Shown piece after piece: positions 25,506-33,627 of a DNA stretch of 34,018 nucleotides. The notes under the pieces were generated by a model. It was not told the DNA's origin and ran no database searches. It saw only the letters and a program-made list of their open reading frames with translations. Every line of letters begins with the position of its first letter. Position 1 is the first letter of the stretch. The translations under genes and the position numbers were made by a program. The DNA comes from an uncultured virus (IMG/VR IMGVR_UViG_3300009684_000026) (Duplodnaviria; Heunggongvirae; Uroviricota; Caudoviricetes). The DNA is taken from IMG/VR virus record IMGVR_UViG_3300009684_000026. The stretch is one strand, 5' to 3'.

Positions 25506-27515
25506 ATGAACATAATTACTACCCAAGAACAATTGGAAGACCTTGTTGAGTTTTACTCCAAGGTAGATGGTTTTGCATTTGACGTAGAAACCGTAGGGGA
25601 AAATCGTATACAACCAGTTGTGAATGATGTGCTTTGGATTTCTTTTGCGACTGATGGAAGAACTGACGTAATTCCTATGGGGCATCCTAATGGGGAGTTT
25701 TTGCATTGGGATAAGGAACTCCTTGCAAGTGGTCAGAAGAAATTAGCTACAGGTAAAAATTTAACCGACTTAAAAGCTGTAGACTTTTCAAAGAACCAGA
25801 GCAAGTGGTCTCCCGTTTTTGGTTCTCCACCACCGCAATTACTCCCAGGTGATGTGTTTAAAGCTTTGAAGCCGTTGTTCTTTAGTAAACAACTCAAAGT
25901 GGGTCATAACGTTAAATTTGATTTAAAGTCTATTGCTAAATACTACCGAGGAACGGTTCCTAGTAAACCCTTTTTTGACACGTTGATGGCAGCTTTTATT
26001 ATAGACAATCGTAATCGCGGTAAGTTGGGGTTAAAAGATTGCGCTGAAAAGTACCTAAAGATTAAAGTTGAAAAAGGTATTGGAGCAATGGTTGAGGTGT
26101 ACTCATTCTCTGATGTTGCCCATTACTCTGGGTTTGATGCCGAAGTAACTTGGAAGTTGTATAAAACTTTGGAACCAAAGTTGACAGGCAGTCTTGCTCG
26201 TGTTTGGGCGTTAGAGATGGATATAGTAGCTGCTCTTTGTGACATGGAGTTAGCTGGGGCAACTGTTGACGTGGAAGAGCTTGGTAATCTTAAGAAACGT
26301 TTGGAAATTGACATTGAAAGTGCCGTTACTCGTTCATACCGCTTAGCTGGCAAACCATTCCCAATGAACTCGGTTCAGGAAAAACAAAAATTACTATTTT
26401 CTTCTAAAGAAGAAGGCGGTCGTGGAATAACCCCAAATACAAAGATAAAAATTGCTTTAACAAAAAAGGGTCAAGATATGGTTGCTGCAAGGTTGCCTCT
26501 TACTATAAACCAATTCTCTGTATCTTCTGATGCGTTAGAGTTTTACAGAGAAAAAGATGACTTAGTGGATGCTTTATTAGAGTATCAAGATTTGAATAAG
26601 TTGATGACCACTTATGTTATGCCATATTTAGGCGGAGAAATTACTCGCACAAGTCTAGGAAAATCTAGGATAGTAGAGAAAAAGTCCTTACTAATAAATG
26701 GCAAGGTTCACACAAGTTTTAAATCTCATGGAGCAGAGACTGGTCGTTTCTCTAGTAGTGACCCTAACTTACAGAATATCCCAAGTAGCGGTCAGTATGG
26801 AAAGTTAATTCGTAATCTCTTTGTGGCACCAAAAGGGTACAAGCTAGTTGTAGCAGATTACTCGCAGATTGAACCTCGTATTATTGCTTCGTTCTCTAAC
26901 GACCCAATTATGATGGACAATTATTTAAATGGTAAAGACATCTACACCACTATTGGTGACAGCGTAGGTTTAGACCGTAAAGCAGGAAAAGTGTTGGTGC
27001 TCGCTATGTCTTATGGGGTAGGCCCAGACAAAATTGCATCTTCTTTGGGGTTAACTTTAGAAGCGGCTAAAAAATTGCTAAACGATTTTACAGACAGATT
27101 TAGTGATATTGCTAAGTACAAAGCTAAGGTGATTCGTATGGCATCTCAACAAGCTCCGGTTCCGTATGTAGAGACCATGTTTGGTCGTCGTCGGTATATA
27201 TTTGACTTAAAGAGTTCAGATAAAGGGCTAAAGAGTAGAGCTGAAAGACAGGCTTTTAACACTATGATTCAAGGTTCTGCAGCAGATTTGATGAAATTGG
27301 CTATTGTAAGAGCACATTCCTGTTTTGTTGATGAACCTGATGTTAATGTAATATTGACTGTACACGACGAGCTTGTTACTGTCGCTAGAGAAGATTTGGC
27401 AGAAGAGACAGCCGAAGTGATTCGGGAGTCTATGGAGGCAATAAAATTGCGAGAGATTACAGTTCCTTTAATTGCTGAAGTTAAAATAGTAGATAAATGG
27501 GGAGAAGCAAAATGA
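25506..27515 (+). CDS. polA: Family A DNA polymerase (3'-5' exonuclease + polymerase; no 5'-3' exonuclease)
   Basis: Exo motifs FDVET, HNVKFD, Y...D; 'TGRFSSSDPNLQNIP', 'ADYSQIEPR', 'R...K.......YG', 'IQGSAAD', 'VHDEL'. Confidence 0.97.
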   Translation: MNIITTQEQLEDLVEFYSKVDGFAFDVETVGENRIQPVVNDVLWISFATDGRTDVIPMGHPNGEFLHWDKELLASGQKKLATGKNLTDLKAVDFSKNQSKWSPVFGSPPPQLLPGDVFKALKPLFFSKQLKVGHNVKFDLKSIAKYYRGTVPSKPFFDTLMAAFIIDNRNRGKLGLKDCAEKYLKIKVEKGIGAMVEVYSFSDVAHYSGFDAEVTWKLYKTLEPKLTGSLARVWALEMDIVAALCDMELAGATVDVEELGNLKKRLEIDIESAVTRSYRLAGKPFPMNSVQEKQKLLFSSKEEGGRGITPNTKIKIALTKKGQDMVAARLPLTINQFSVSSDALEFYREKDDLVDALLEYQDLNKLMTTYVMPYLGGEITRTSLGKSRIVEKKSLLINGKVHTSFKSHGAETGRFSSSDPNLQNIPSSGQYGKLIRNLFVAPKGYKLVVADYSQIEPRIIASFSNDPIMMDNYLNGKDIYTTIGDSVGLDRKAGKVLVLAMSYGVGPDKIASSLGLTLEAAKKLLNDFTDRFSDIAKYKAKVIRMASQQAPVPYVETMFGRRRYIFDLKSSDKGLKSRAERQAFNTMIQGSAADLMKLAIVRAHSCFVDEPDVNVILTVHDELVTVAREDLAEETAEVIRESMEAIKLREITVPLIAEVKIVDKWGEAK

Positions 27516-27886
27516 GTAGTGCAGATTGGTGGGCTAAACAATTAGGTGCACAACCACAGCAACCTGTTGGACGTCCAGATAACACACCGATGCCACCAAC
27601 ACAACAGCCATTGCCGCGTATGCCACAACCCGCATACGTACCACCAGCAAGTAAAGCCCAAAGTGCAAGTCAAACTCAATCATGCCCAGAATGTGGTGGC
27701 AACAATTACATGTCTGTTCAAAACGCTGCACCGAGGTGCTATGATTGTGGGTATCCTCTTACACAAGCAGGAAGTCGTTATGGAGCGCTAACAGGAGCAA
27801 CAGTTGAAGGCAATGCAAAATCTGCTCAAGGAAACGATGTGGCAAACAACTGGAATCCTCAAGGAATAATCGGGAGAGTTAATTGA
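27512..27886 (+). CDS. Pro/Gln-rich zinc-ribbon protein
   Basis: CPECG...CYDCG; ATGA overlap at 27512. Confidence 0.7.
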   Translation: MSSADWWAKQLGAQPQQPVGRPDNTPMPPTQQPLPRMPQPAYVPPASKAQSASQTQSCPECGGNNYMSVQNAAPRCYDCGYPLTQAGSRYGALTGATVEGNAKSAQGNDVANNWNPQGIIGRVN

Positions 27887-28932
27887 TAAACGATGAAGCA
27901 AGAAAAATTGTGGCGCAACTCAACAAAAAATTCAAATCAGAGGTCGTTGTTTTCGCATCCGATATTCGTAACGATATTATTCCTCGTATCACTAGTGGTA
28001 GTACTACTCTTGATTTTGTTCTTGGTGGTGGATTTCCTGGTAACCAATGGAACGAACTTATTGGGGAGCCGTCGCATGGCAAGACAGCTCTCGCTCTTAA
28101 AACTATTGCAGCGAATCAAGCGTTAAACCCTAATTACACTACTGTGTGGGTAGCAGCAGAGCAGTGGGTACCTGAGTATGCAGCAATGTGTGGAGTGGAT
28201 ACGACACGGGTCATTGTTATTGAGACGTCTGTCATGGAAGAGGCATACCAAGCAGTCATTGAATTTGCGGAATCAAAATCTGTAGACGCAATTGTTATTG
28301 ATTCTCTTCCAGCTCTATCTCCTGCACCAGAGATGGAAAATGACATGAACCAAATGACTGTTGGAAGAGGAGCTCTTTTAACCAACAAGTTCTTTCGTGT
28401 AGTTGGTACAGCAATGAAACGGTCTTTAACCGAGGATGAACGTCCTGTATTAGGTTTAATTATTAACCAATACCGTATGAAAATTGGTGTACAACATGGT
28501 GATCCACGCACTACACCGGGCGGAGAAGGTAAGAACTATGCTTTCTTTACTCGCTGTGAGGTTCGTCGTAAAGAATGGATTGAGATAGGTTCAGGTACAA
28601 ATAAAGTTCGTGTAGGTCAACAGATTGTTGTGCGAACATTGAAGAACAAAACTGCCCCACCACAACGTGTGGCGTATTTTGATTTTTACTTTGCAGAAGG
28701 TGGTTCTTGTGCTCCAGGCGAATTTGATTTCGCTAAAGAAGTTGCATCTCTTGGAGTAATTATGGGAGTCATTCAACGCAAAGGTGGTTGGTTTTATCAT
28801 GGAGAACGTAAATGGCAGGGCATTGAATCTGTTATTGCCAGTATCCGTGAAGAGATTGACCTTAAAGAAGAGATACAGAAAGCGGTATTTTCGTCAGACG
28901 CTGCTCCAATTTTGGCGGATGATGAAGACTGA
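27883..28932 (+). CDS. recA: RecA-family recombinase
   Basis: 'SGS..LD..LGGG.P', GEPSHGKT, 'IVIDS', 'INQYR.KIGV..GDP.TTPGG', 'KNKTAPP', 'G.W..'. Confidence 0.95.
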   Translation: MINDEARKIVAQLNKKFKSEVVVFASDIRNDIIPRITSGSTTLDFVLGGGFPGNQWNELIGEPSHGKTALALKTIAANQALNPNYTTVWVAAEQWVPEYAAMCGVDTTRVIVIETSVMEEAYQAVIEFAESKSVDAIVIDSLPALSPAPEMENDMNQMTVGRGALLTNKFFRVVGTAMKRSLTEDERPVLGLIINQYRMKIGVQHGDPRTTPGGEGKNYAFFTRCEVRRKEWIEIGSGTNKVRVGQQIVVRTLKNKTAPPQRVAYFDFYFAEGGSCAPGEFDFAKEVASLGVIMGVIQRKGGWFYHGERKWQGIESVIASIREEIDLKEEIQKAVFSSDAAPILADDED

Positions 28933-29239
28933 AGGACAAAGACAATCTCAGAAGCACGAAAAGAGACTAGCCAAGAAAATTGGCGGTAAAACTATGGCTG
29001 CATCTGGAGCGTTTTGGTCTCACAAGGGAGATGTTCGGTCAAGTGACCTTTTGATTGAGCATAAATTTACGGGAAAAAAATCTTTTTCAGTAAAGTCAGA
29101 GGTGTTGAAAAAGATAACAAGAGAGGCAATCCTGGATGGAAGAATGCCCGTATTGGGTATCCATTTAGACGGGGAGAATTATGTAATTCTTCTTGAAGAC
29201 GATTTCTTAGAGATGAGGGACCGACTAAAGGATGCCTAA
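28919..29239 (+). CDS. Small PD-(D/E)xK nuclease, Holliday-junction-resolvase-like (Hjc type)
   Basis: 'HEKRLA...GG....ASGA....KGDV....LIEHK'; start set at ATG 28919/28922. Confidence 0.75.
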   Translation: MMKTEGQRQSQKHEKRLAKKIGGKTMAASGAFWSHKGDVRSSDLLIEHKFTGKKSFSVKSEVLKKITREAILDGRMPVLGIHLDGENYVILLEDDFLEMRDRLKDA

Positions 29240-29242
29240 CAC

Positions 29243-29644
29243 ATGTACACAGACAACACCCCATGGTGGTCTAAAGCGCGGTGCTTTGGTGCCGCCCCTA
29301 AATCACCTACAGAAGATGACATCTTCTACCCACCTAGAGACAAAGAAAAATATAAAGTAATTGCCGAAAAAGCTAAAAAGTATTGTTTTGGTGAAAATGG
29401 AAAAAGCCCATGTCCAGTGTTAAAAGACTGTTTATGGGATGCCATTCAACGAGACGAACCACATGGCATTTGGGGCGGTTTAAGTCACAGAGAACGAAAC
29501 GCTTTAATACGTAAGTGGAAGAAAACATTCGCTAAGAAAATGACTTTGAAAGAGTTTATTTTCAGTAAGGACTCACATGGGAACAGAACTAAAGAAGTTC
29601 TTAGACGCCAAGAAGACAACGACACGTCTATTGGGGGATGTTGA
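29243..29644 (+). CDS. whiB: WhiB-family Fe-S transcription factor
   Basis: W...ARC...FYP...AK.YC...CPV..DCL..A......GIWGG.S..ER. Confidence 0.93.
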   Translation: MYTDNTPWWSKARCFGAAPKSPTEDDIFYPPRDKEKYKVIAEKAKKYCFGENGKSPCPVLKDCLWDAIQRDEPHGIWGGLSHRERNALIRKWKKTFAKKMTLKEFIFSKDSHGNRTKEVLRRQEDNDTSIGGC

Positions 29645-30434
29645 ACGCCATCTCATGAGACGTCCTTTGGATGACCGTCGTCAAGACGTTCTCCACCCGT
29701 CAGAGATAATAAAGCCAGACTGGTGCCATCGGTATGCTTACCATCTTTTAACGGGTGGAGAGTCCAAAAGACAGAAACCAAACCTTAAATTACAGAACAT
29801 ATTTGATGAAGGCCATTACATCCATGCTAAATGGCAAAAGAGGTTTCAAGAAATGGAAGTTCTTTATGGAAAATTCCAGTGTGTAGCGTGCAACACAGTT
29901 ACAACAGGGCTTTCTCCAAAGTGTGAACAATGTGGGACTGCAGAGACTATGGAGTATAAAGAAGTTACTCTGGTTGATGATGCACTCCGCATTGCTGGTC
30001 ATACGGATGGTTGGATTAAAGGCATCGGAGACGATTGCTTGATTGAGATTAAGTCAATTGGTGCAGGAACTTTGCGTTTTGAAGCCCCAGAAATTCTTGC
30101 GGATGCTGGTGGGGATATAAACAAAGCGTTCAATAAAATTCGTCGCCCATTTAGAAGCCATTTACTACAAGGTCAAATGTATTTAGAATTAGCGTACCGA
30201 ATGTTTGGCAATGAAGCTCCTAAAGAAATTGTATTTTTGTATGAAAACAAAGCTGATCAATCTATAAAAGAGTTTGTAGTGGATGCGGATTTTGATTTAG
30301 TAGAGCGCATATTTTTTCAAGCCGAGAAGTTAATAAAAGCGGTCAAAGCAGAAAAAATGCCAGAATGTAATGTTAAACCAGATGGGTGCAAAGCTTGTGA
30401 TAGTGCCATAGATTTGGAGAATTGGGATGCTTAA
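29577..30434 (+). CDS. Cas4/RecB-like PD-(D/E)xK exonuclease
   Basis: 'HPSE....WC', 'G..IH', 'GHTDG', 'IEIKS', 'Q.Q.Y', C-terminal C...C..C; SD AAGGA. Confidence 0.85.
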   Translation: MGTELKKFLDAKKTTTRLLGDVERHLMRRPLDDRRQDVLHPSEIIKPDWCHRYAYHLLTGGESKRQKPNLKLQNIFDEGHYIHAKWQKRFQEMEVLYGKFQCVACNTVTTGLSPKCEQCGTAETMEYKEVTLVDDALRIAGHTDGWIKGIGDDCLIEIKSIGAGTLRFEAPEILADAGGDINKAFNKIRRPFRSHLLQGQMYLELAYRMFGNEAPKEIVFLYENKADQSIKEFVVDADFDLVERIFFQAEKLIKAVKAEKMPECNVKPDGCKACDSAIDLENWDA

Positions 30435-30915
30435 TCTTGGGCCAGTATCGTCAGAGGCAATACAGAAGATGTCTGATCAAAGCATCAGTATGTGGCCTGA
30501 CCAATCAGACCAACCTAAAATGCCAAAAGATATCTCTATATTAGATAGTGATGACCTTAGCCTGTTATTTAGCCAGTTAACAGCGTGGTCTAACTTTGTG
30601 GCTGGTCAATTAGCTGCAGCTCAAATTGATGAGCATGTACTAAACAAAAAAAGAGACTCTTTAGAGGCTAAATTATTCCTTGAAAAGGACAGTTTTAAAG
30701 TTAAAGGTGAAAGAGTTACGTTGATCAAACATCAGGTAGCTTCTGACCAAAAGATGATTGATTTAGAGGAAGAAGTTCTATCAGCTTACGCCTATCGTAA
30801 GATGGTTGAAGTTGTAGCTAATAACTTTGAGCGTGATGTAGCGTTAGTATCTCGTGAGATTACACGACGCACCAATGACTTTCGTTCAAACCGAAAGGAC
30901 AAGTTCTCAGTATGA
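30427..30915 (+). CDS. Helical protein, possibly a UvsY-like recombination mediator
   Basis: All-helical 162 aa ending 'SREITRR'; in a recombination cluster; the function is a weak inference. Confidence 0.4.
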   Translation: MLNLGPVSSEAIQKMSDQSISMWPDQSDQPKMPKDISILDSDDLSLLFSQLTAWSNFVAGQLAAAQIDEHVLNKKRDSLEAKLFLEKDSFKVKGERVTLIKHQVASDQKMIDLEEEVLSAYAYRKMVEVVANNFERDVALVSREITRRTNDFRSNRKDKFSV

Positions 30916-31448
30916 TTATTGGGTTAACAGGTTACGCACAATCCGGCAAAGATACGGTCGCAAATATACTTGTTGAAAAATACGGTTTTGAAAGGATAGC
31001 GTTTGCTGATCCAATACGTGACATGTTATTTGAAATGAACCCCAATTACAACGACACCTTGTTGCAGCAAGCGGTTACAAGCCAGGGGTGGGATGAGATA
31101 AAGAAAAACTCTATTGTTCGCCGTATGTTACAAAACTTAGGAGTTGGAGCTCGTAAAGTTTTAGGAGAAGATGTTTGGATAATTGCTGCTTTACGAAAAA
31201 TAAATGATGTAAATAAACATTATGTAATTACTGATGTTAGGTTTGAGAACGAAGCAGCTATTATAAAGCAATTAAATGGAGAGTTGTGGCGTGTAATACG
31301 CCCAGGAGTAGAAGCAGTTAATAACCATATCTCTGAACATGAGATGAATGGGTATAACGTAGATAGAGAGTTGCATAACGGGGGAACATTAGAAGAGTTA
31401 GAATTGTCAATTAAAATACAAATGGGTTCGTTATTAAATGCCAACTAA
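30912..31448 (+). CDS. Deoxynucleoside monophosphate kinase (T4 gp1-like)
   Basis: 'IIGLTGYAQSGKDT', 'FADPIR', 'R..LQ.LG', 'ITDVRFENE', 'HISE'. Confidence 0.93.
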   Translation: MIIGLTGYAQSGKDTVANILVEKYGFERIAFADPIRDMLFEMNPNYNDTLLQQAVTSQGWDEIKKNSIVRRMLQNLGVGARKVLGEDVWIIAALRKINDVNKHYVITDVRFENEAAIIKQLNGELWRVIRPGVEAVNNHISEHEMNGYNVDRELHNGGTLEELELSIKIQMGSLLNAN

Positions 31449-32025
31449 ATTAATTGACGGAGGATTAAGTTCTGCAGGATTAGTTGCTGTGGGTATTGAC
31501 CAATCTTTAACTGGCTTTGCTTTGACTGCCATATCGTTAGTTGAACCAACTAAACATCTTACATGGGTATACAAGTCTCCATATTTTGGCATTGAAAGAT
31601 TGGTTGACATTCGTCAATGGTTAACAGACCACTTGAATTACTTATTAGAACATCAACTAATCATTGAAGATATTGCTATGGAAGGTACAGTATTAGCTAG
31701 TCAAGCAGCGTTAGTTTTGGGTGAGTTATCTGCCACAGTTCGGTTGGCTATATACGACATGTTTGACGAAGGGGATCGTAAAAGATACCCGTTAAAAGTT
31801 CCTCCAATGACATTAAAAAAATATGCAGCTGGTAAGGGAAACGCTAAAAAACAAGAGATGTTATTACAGATTTACAAAAGATGGGGTGTTGAGTTTAACG
31901 ACGATAATGCTGCTGATTCGTATGCTTTGGCTCGTCTTGTAGGTGGGTGTGCTATAACCGAGATGGAGAAGGCAATTATTGTACAAATGTCAGACCCTAA
32001 ATACAGAGACGCATCTCGTTTTTAA
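31438..32025 (+). CDS. ruvC: RuvC-like Holliday junction resolvase
   Basis: 'VGIDQSLT', 'MEG', 'P.TLKKYAAGKGNAKK', 'DNAADS'. Confidence 0.85.
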   Translation: MPTKLIDGGLSSAGLVAVGIDQSLTGFALTAISLVEPTKHLTWVYKSPYFGIERLVDIRQWLTDHLNYLLEHQLIIEDIAMEGTVLASQAALVLGELSATVRLAIYDMFDEGDRKRYPLKVPPMTLKKYAAGKGNAKKQEMLLQIYKRWGVEFNDDNAADSYALARLVGGCAITEMEKAIIVQMSDPKYRDASRF

Positions 32026-32028
32026 CCT

Positions 32029-32071
32029 TATCCTTTAGTTCGGGAGTGGCATACCAAACCGAACCAAAGGA
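32029..32071 (+). promoter_or_regulatory. SD-sequestering hairpin with an overlapping candidate -10 (TATCCT) upstream of spoVS
   Basis: tcctttagttcgg (32031-43) pairs with ccgaaccaaagga (32059-71) at 12 of 13 positions; the SD AAAGGA lies in the 3' arm. Confidence 0.65.
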
Positions 32072-32078
32072 CTAAAAA

Positions 32079-32372
32079 TTGACTGATACACCAAATGTAA
32101 AACCAACTGAAGAGCCATTTCTCCGAGTAAGCGCATCTTCAAACCCTCAAAGCGTAGCTTCAGCAATTGCCCATGCAATTTATGACAAACGTGAAGTAAA
32201 GTTACGTGCCGTAGGTGCAGGAGCCGTAAACCAAGCTGTAAAAGCTATTGCAATTGCCCGTGGGTATGTCGCACCTCGTGGCATGGATTTGACGGATAAA
32301 CCGGGGTTTACCACCATTCAATCACGTGACGGTGAAATTTCTGCGATTGTATTTCACATTACAGCAAGCTAA
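32079..32372 (+). CDS. spoVS: SpoVS-family (Alba-like) protein
   Basis: 'LRVSASSNPQSVASAIA...RAVGAGAVNQAVKAIAIARGYVAP.G.DL...P.F' matches the SpoVS signature; TTG start. Confidence 0.93.
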   Translation: MTDTPNVKPTEEPFLRVSASSNPQSVASAIAHAIYDKREVKLRAVGAGAVNQAVKAIAIARGYVAPRGMDLTDKPGFTTIQSRDGEISAIVFHITAS

Positions 32373-32408
32373 AACAGCCGTATCCTTATACCAAAGCAAG
32401 GAGTTAAA

Positions 32409-32855
32409 ATGGCATCATGGACATCAATGGGTCACGCAATGCGTCGTCGCATGGGCGCACCTTCAAATCATCTAGAGGCAGCAGGTAAATCAATGACAAG
32501 AAATCACATGACACCAGAAGAAATTATTGCTTCTGCAGAACACGCAAATAGCGCACGTCGTTATATGGGGCAGAACTCAATGGGTGTTGAAGCTGTAAGT
32601 CCTGAGCGTGGTACCCCTATGCCACGTAAAAACACACAGTCAGCAGACCCAACTGCTGGTGGAAAAACTAACCGTGTAAACGTATCAGCAGGAAATGCGG
32701 CTCAATCAGAACGAGCAGGAGCAAAATATCGCCTAACTGCATCTTTCCCAACCGTTGATCCAGCAGCTGGACCAACTATGGCAAATGCAAAGATTATTCC
32801 ATCTGTTATGGGTCAATCTGCTAACTTTGTAGGCGGAGAGAGTTCTTCCTACTAA
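32409..32855 (+). CDS. Hypothetical low-complexity protein
   Basis: 148 aa, A/S/G/M-rich; SD AAGGAG. Confidence 0.75.
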   Translation: MASWTSMGHAMRRRMGAPSNHLEAAGKSMTRNHMTPEEIIASAEHANSARRYMGQNSMGVEAVSPERGTPMPRKNTQSADPTAGGKTNRVNVSAGNAAQSERAGAKYRLTASFPTVDPAAGPTMANAKIIPSVMGQSANFVGGESSSY

Positions 32856-32856
32856 C

Positions 32857-33093
32857 ATGGCTGATTTTACCGCTGATTATGGTTCTGTGCTGAGTGCTTC
32901 ACAAAATAGTGTTGAGCCACCATTGTCTTTGAGCAAAACCACAAACACTTCAGTAGGCCGTCAAACGGCATGGAGAAGTCAATCTGGAATGTCTCTTGGT
33001 AAGAAAAACCTTGGAAGCACATTGAATTGGGATGACGGTCCAGCTCCTGTTGCACCGTCTCCTGATAAGGGAGCTAGTTTCGGAGGTTCGTAA
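32857..33093 (+). CDS. Hypothetical low-complexity protein
   Basis: 78 aa; tightly coupled to its neighbours. Confidence 0.65.
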   Translation: MADFTADYGSVLSASQNSVEPPLSLSKTTNTSVGRQTAWRSQSGMSLGKKNLGSTLNWDDGPAPVAPSPDKGASFGGS

Positions 33094-33626
33094 TGGCAGG
33101 TTCAGTCAATAACTTTTCTCCGCAACAAAATTGGCAATCACTAGGTGGTAATGGCTTATTTGGCTATAACAACCAAGGTGGAGCCGGAACTCCCGTAGCC
33201 CGTGATGAGATGGATGCTACACGCATTGGCGTAGGCCGTGTTCCATCCGCAGAATATCCGGACGGTTATTTAGGTACGATCCGGTCTAGACGAGATGATC
33301 GTCTTTTAGACTCTATTAAATCCCGCGTAAATCAAAAAGCCTATCAACGTGGTGTACATAAAGGTGAGCGTATTGAGCCATCTATGTACTTTTGGCCTGA
33401 AAGCCTAAACGATATGACAGGTATAGAACGTCAAATGAAAGCAAAATTAGTAAACATTAATGGAGTCAACGTTTACCGTACAGCACGTTCAGCTCCAGAA
33501 GTCAGCATTGTTCCTGCTCCACACTTGGTAAATGACGGTAAAGCAAACACAATTGCAAATGAACCAGCCCAAATCAATGAACGTCGTCAAGCAATGCTTG
33601 CTTATTTAAAACCAGCGTGGAGGTAA
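33093..33626 (+). CDS. Hypothetical protein (possible virion component)
   Basis: 177 aa; SD GGAGG; 'PSAEYPDGYLGT...RGVHKGERI' core. Confidence 0.75.
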   Translation: MAGSVNNFSPQQNWQSLGGNGLFGYNNQGGAGTPVARDEMDATRIGVGRVPSAEYPDGYLGTIRSRRDDRLLDSIKSRVNQKAYQRGVHKGERIEPSMYFWPESLNDMTGIERQMKAKLVNINGVNVYRTARSAPEVSIVPAPHLVNDGKANTIANEPAQINERRQAMLAYLKPAWR

Positions 33627-33627
33627 C

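Noticed and set aside
19826..28918. Upstream starts given in the ORF track (19826, 24240, 24710, 27497, 28784; also 6695)
   Set aside because: They overlap upstream genes; downstream ATGs with stop/start coupling or SDs fit better
25506..28932. Inteins or introns in polA and recA
   Set aside because: Lengths are normal and no intein splice motifs or homing-endonuclease ORFs were seen
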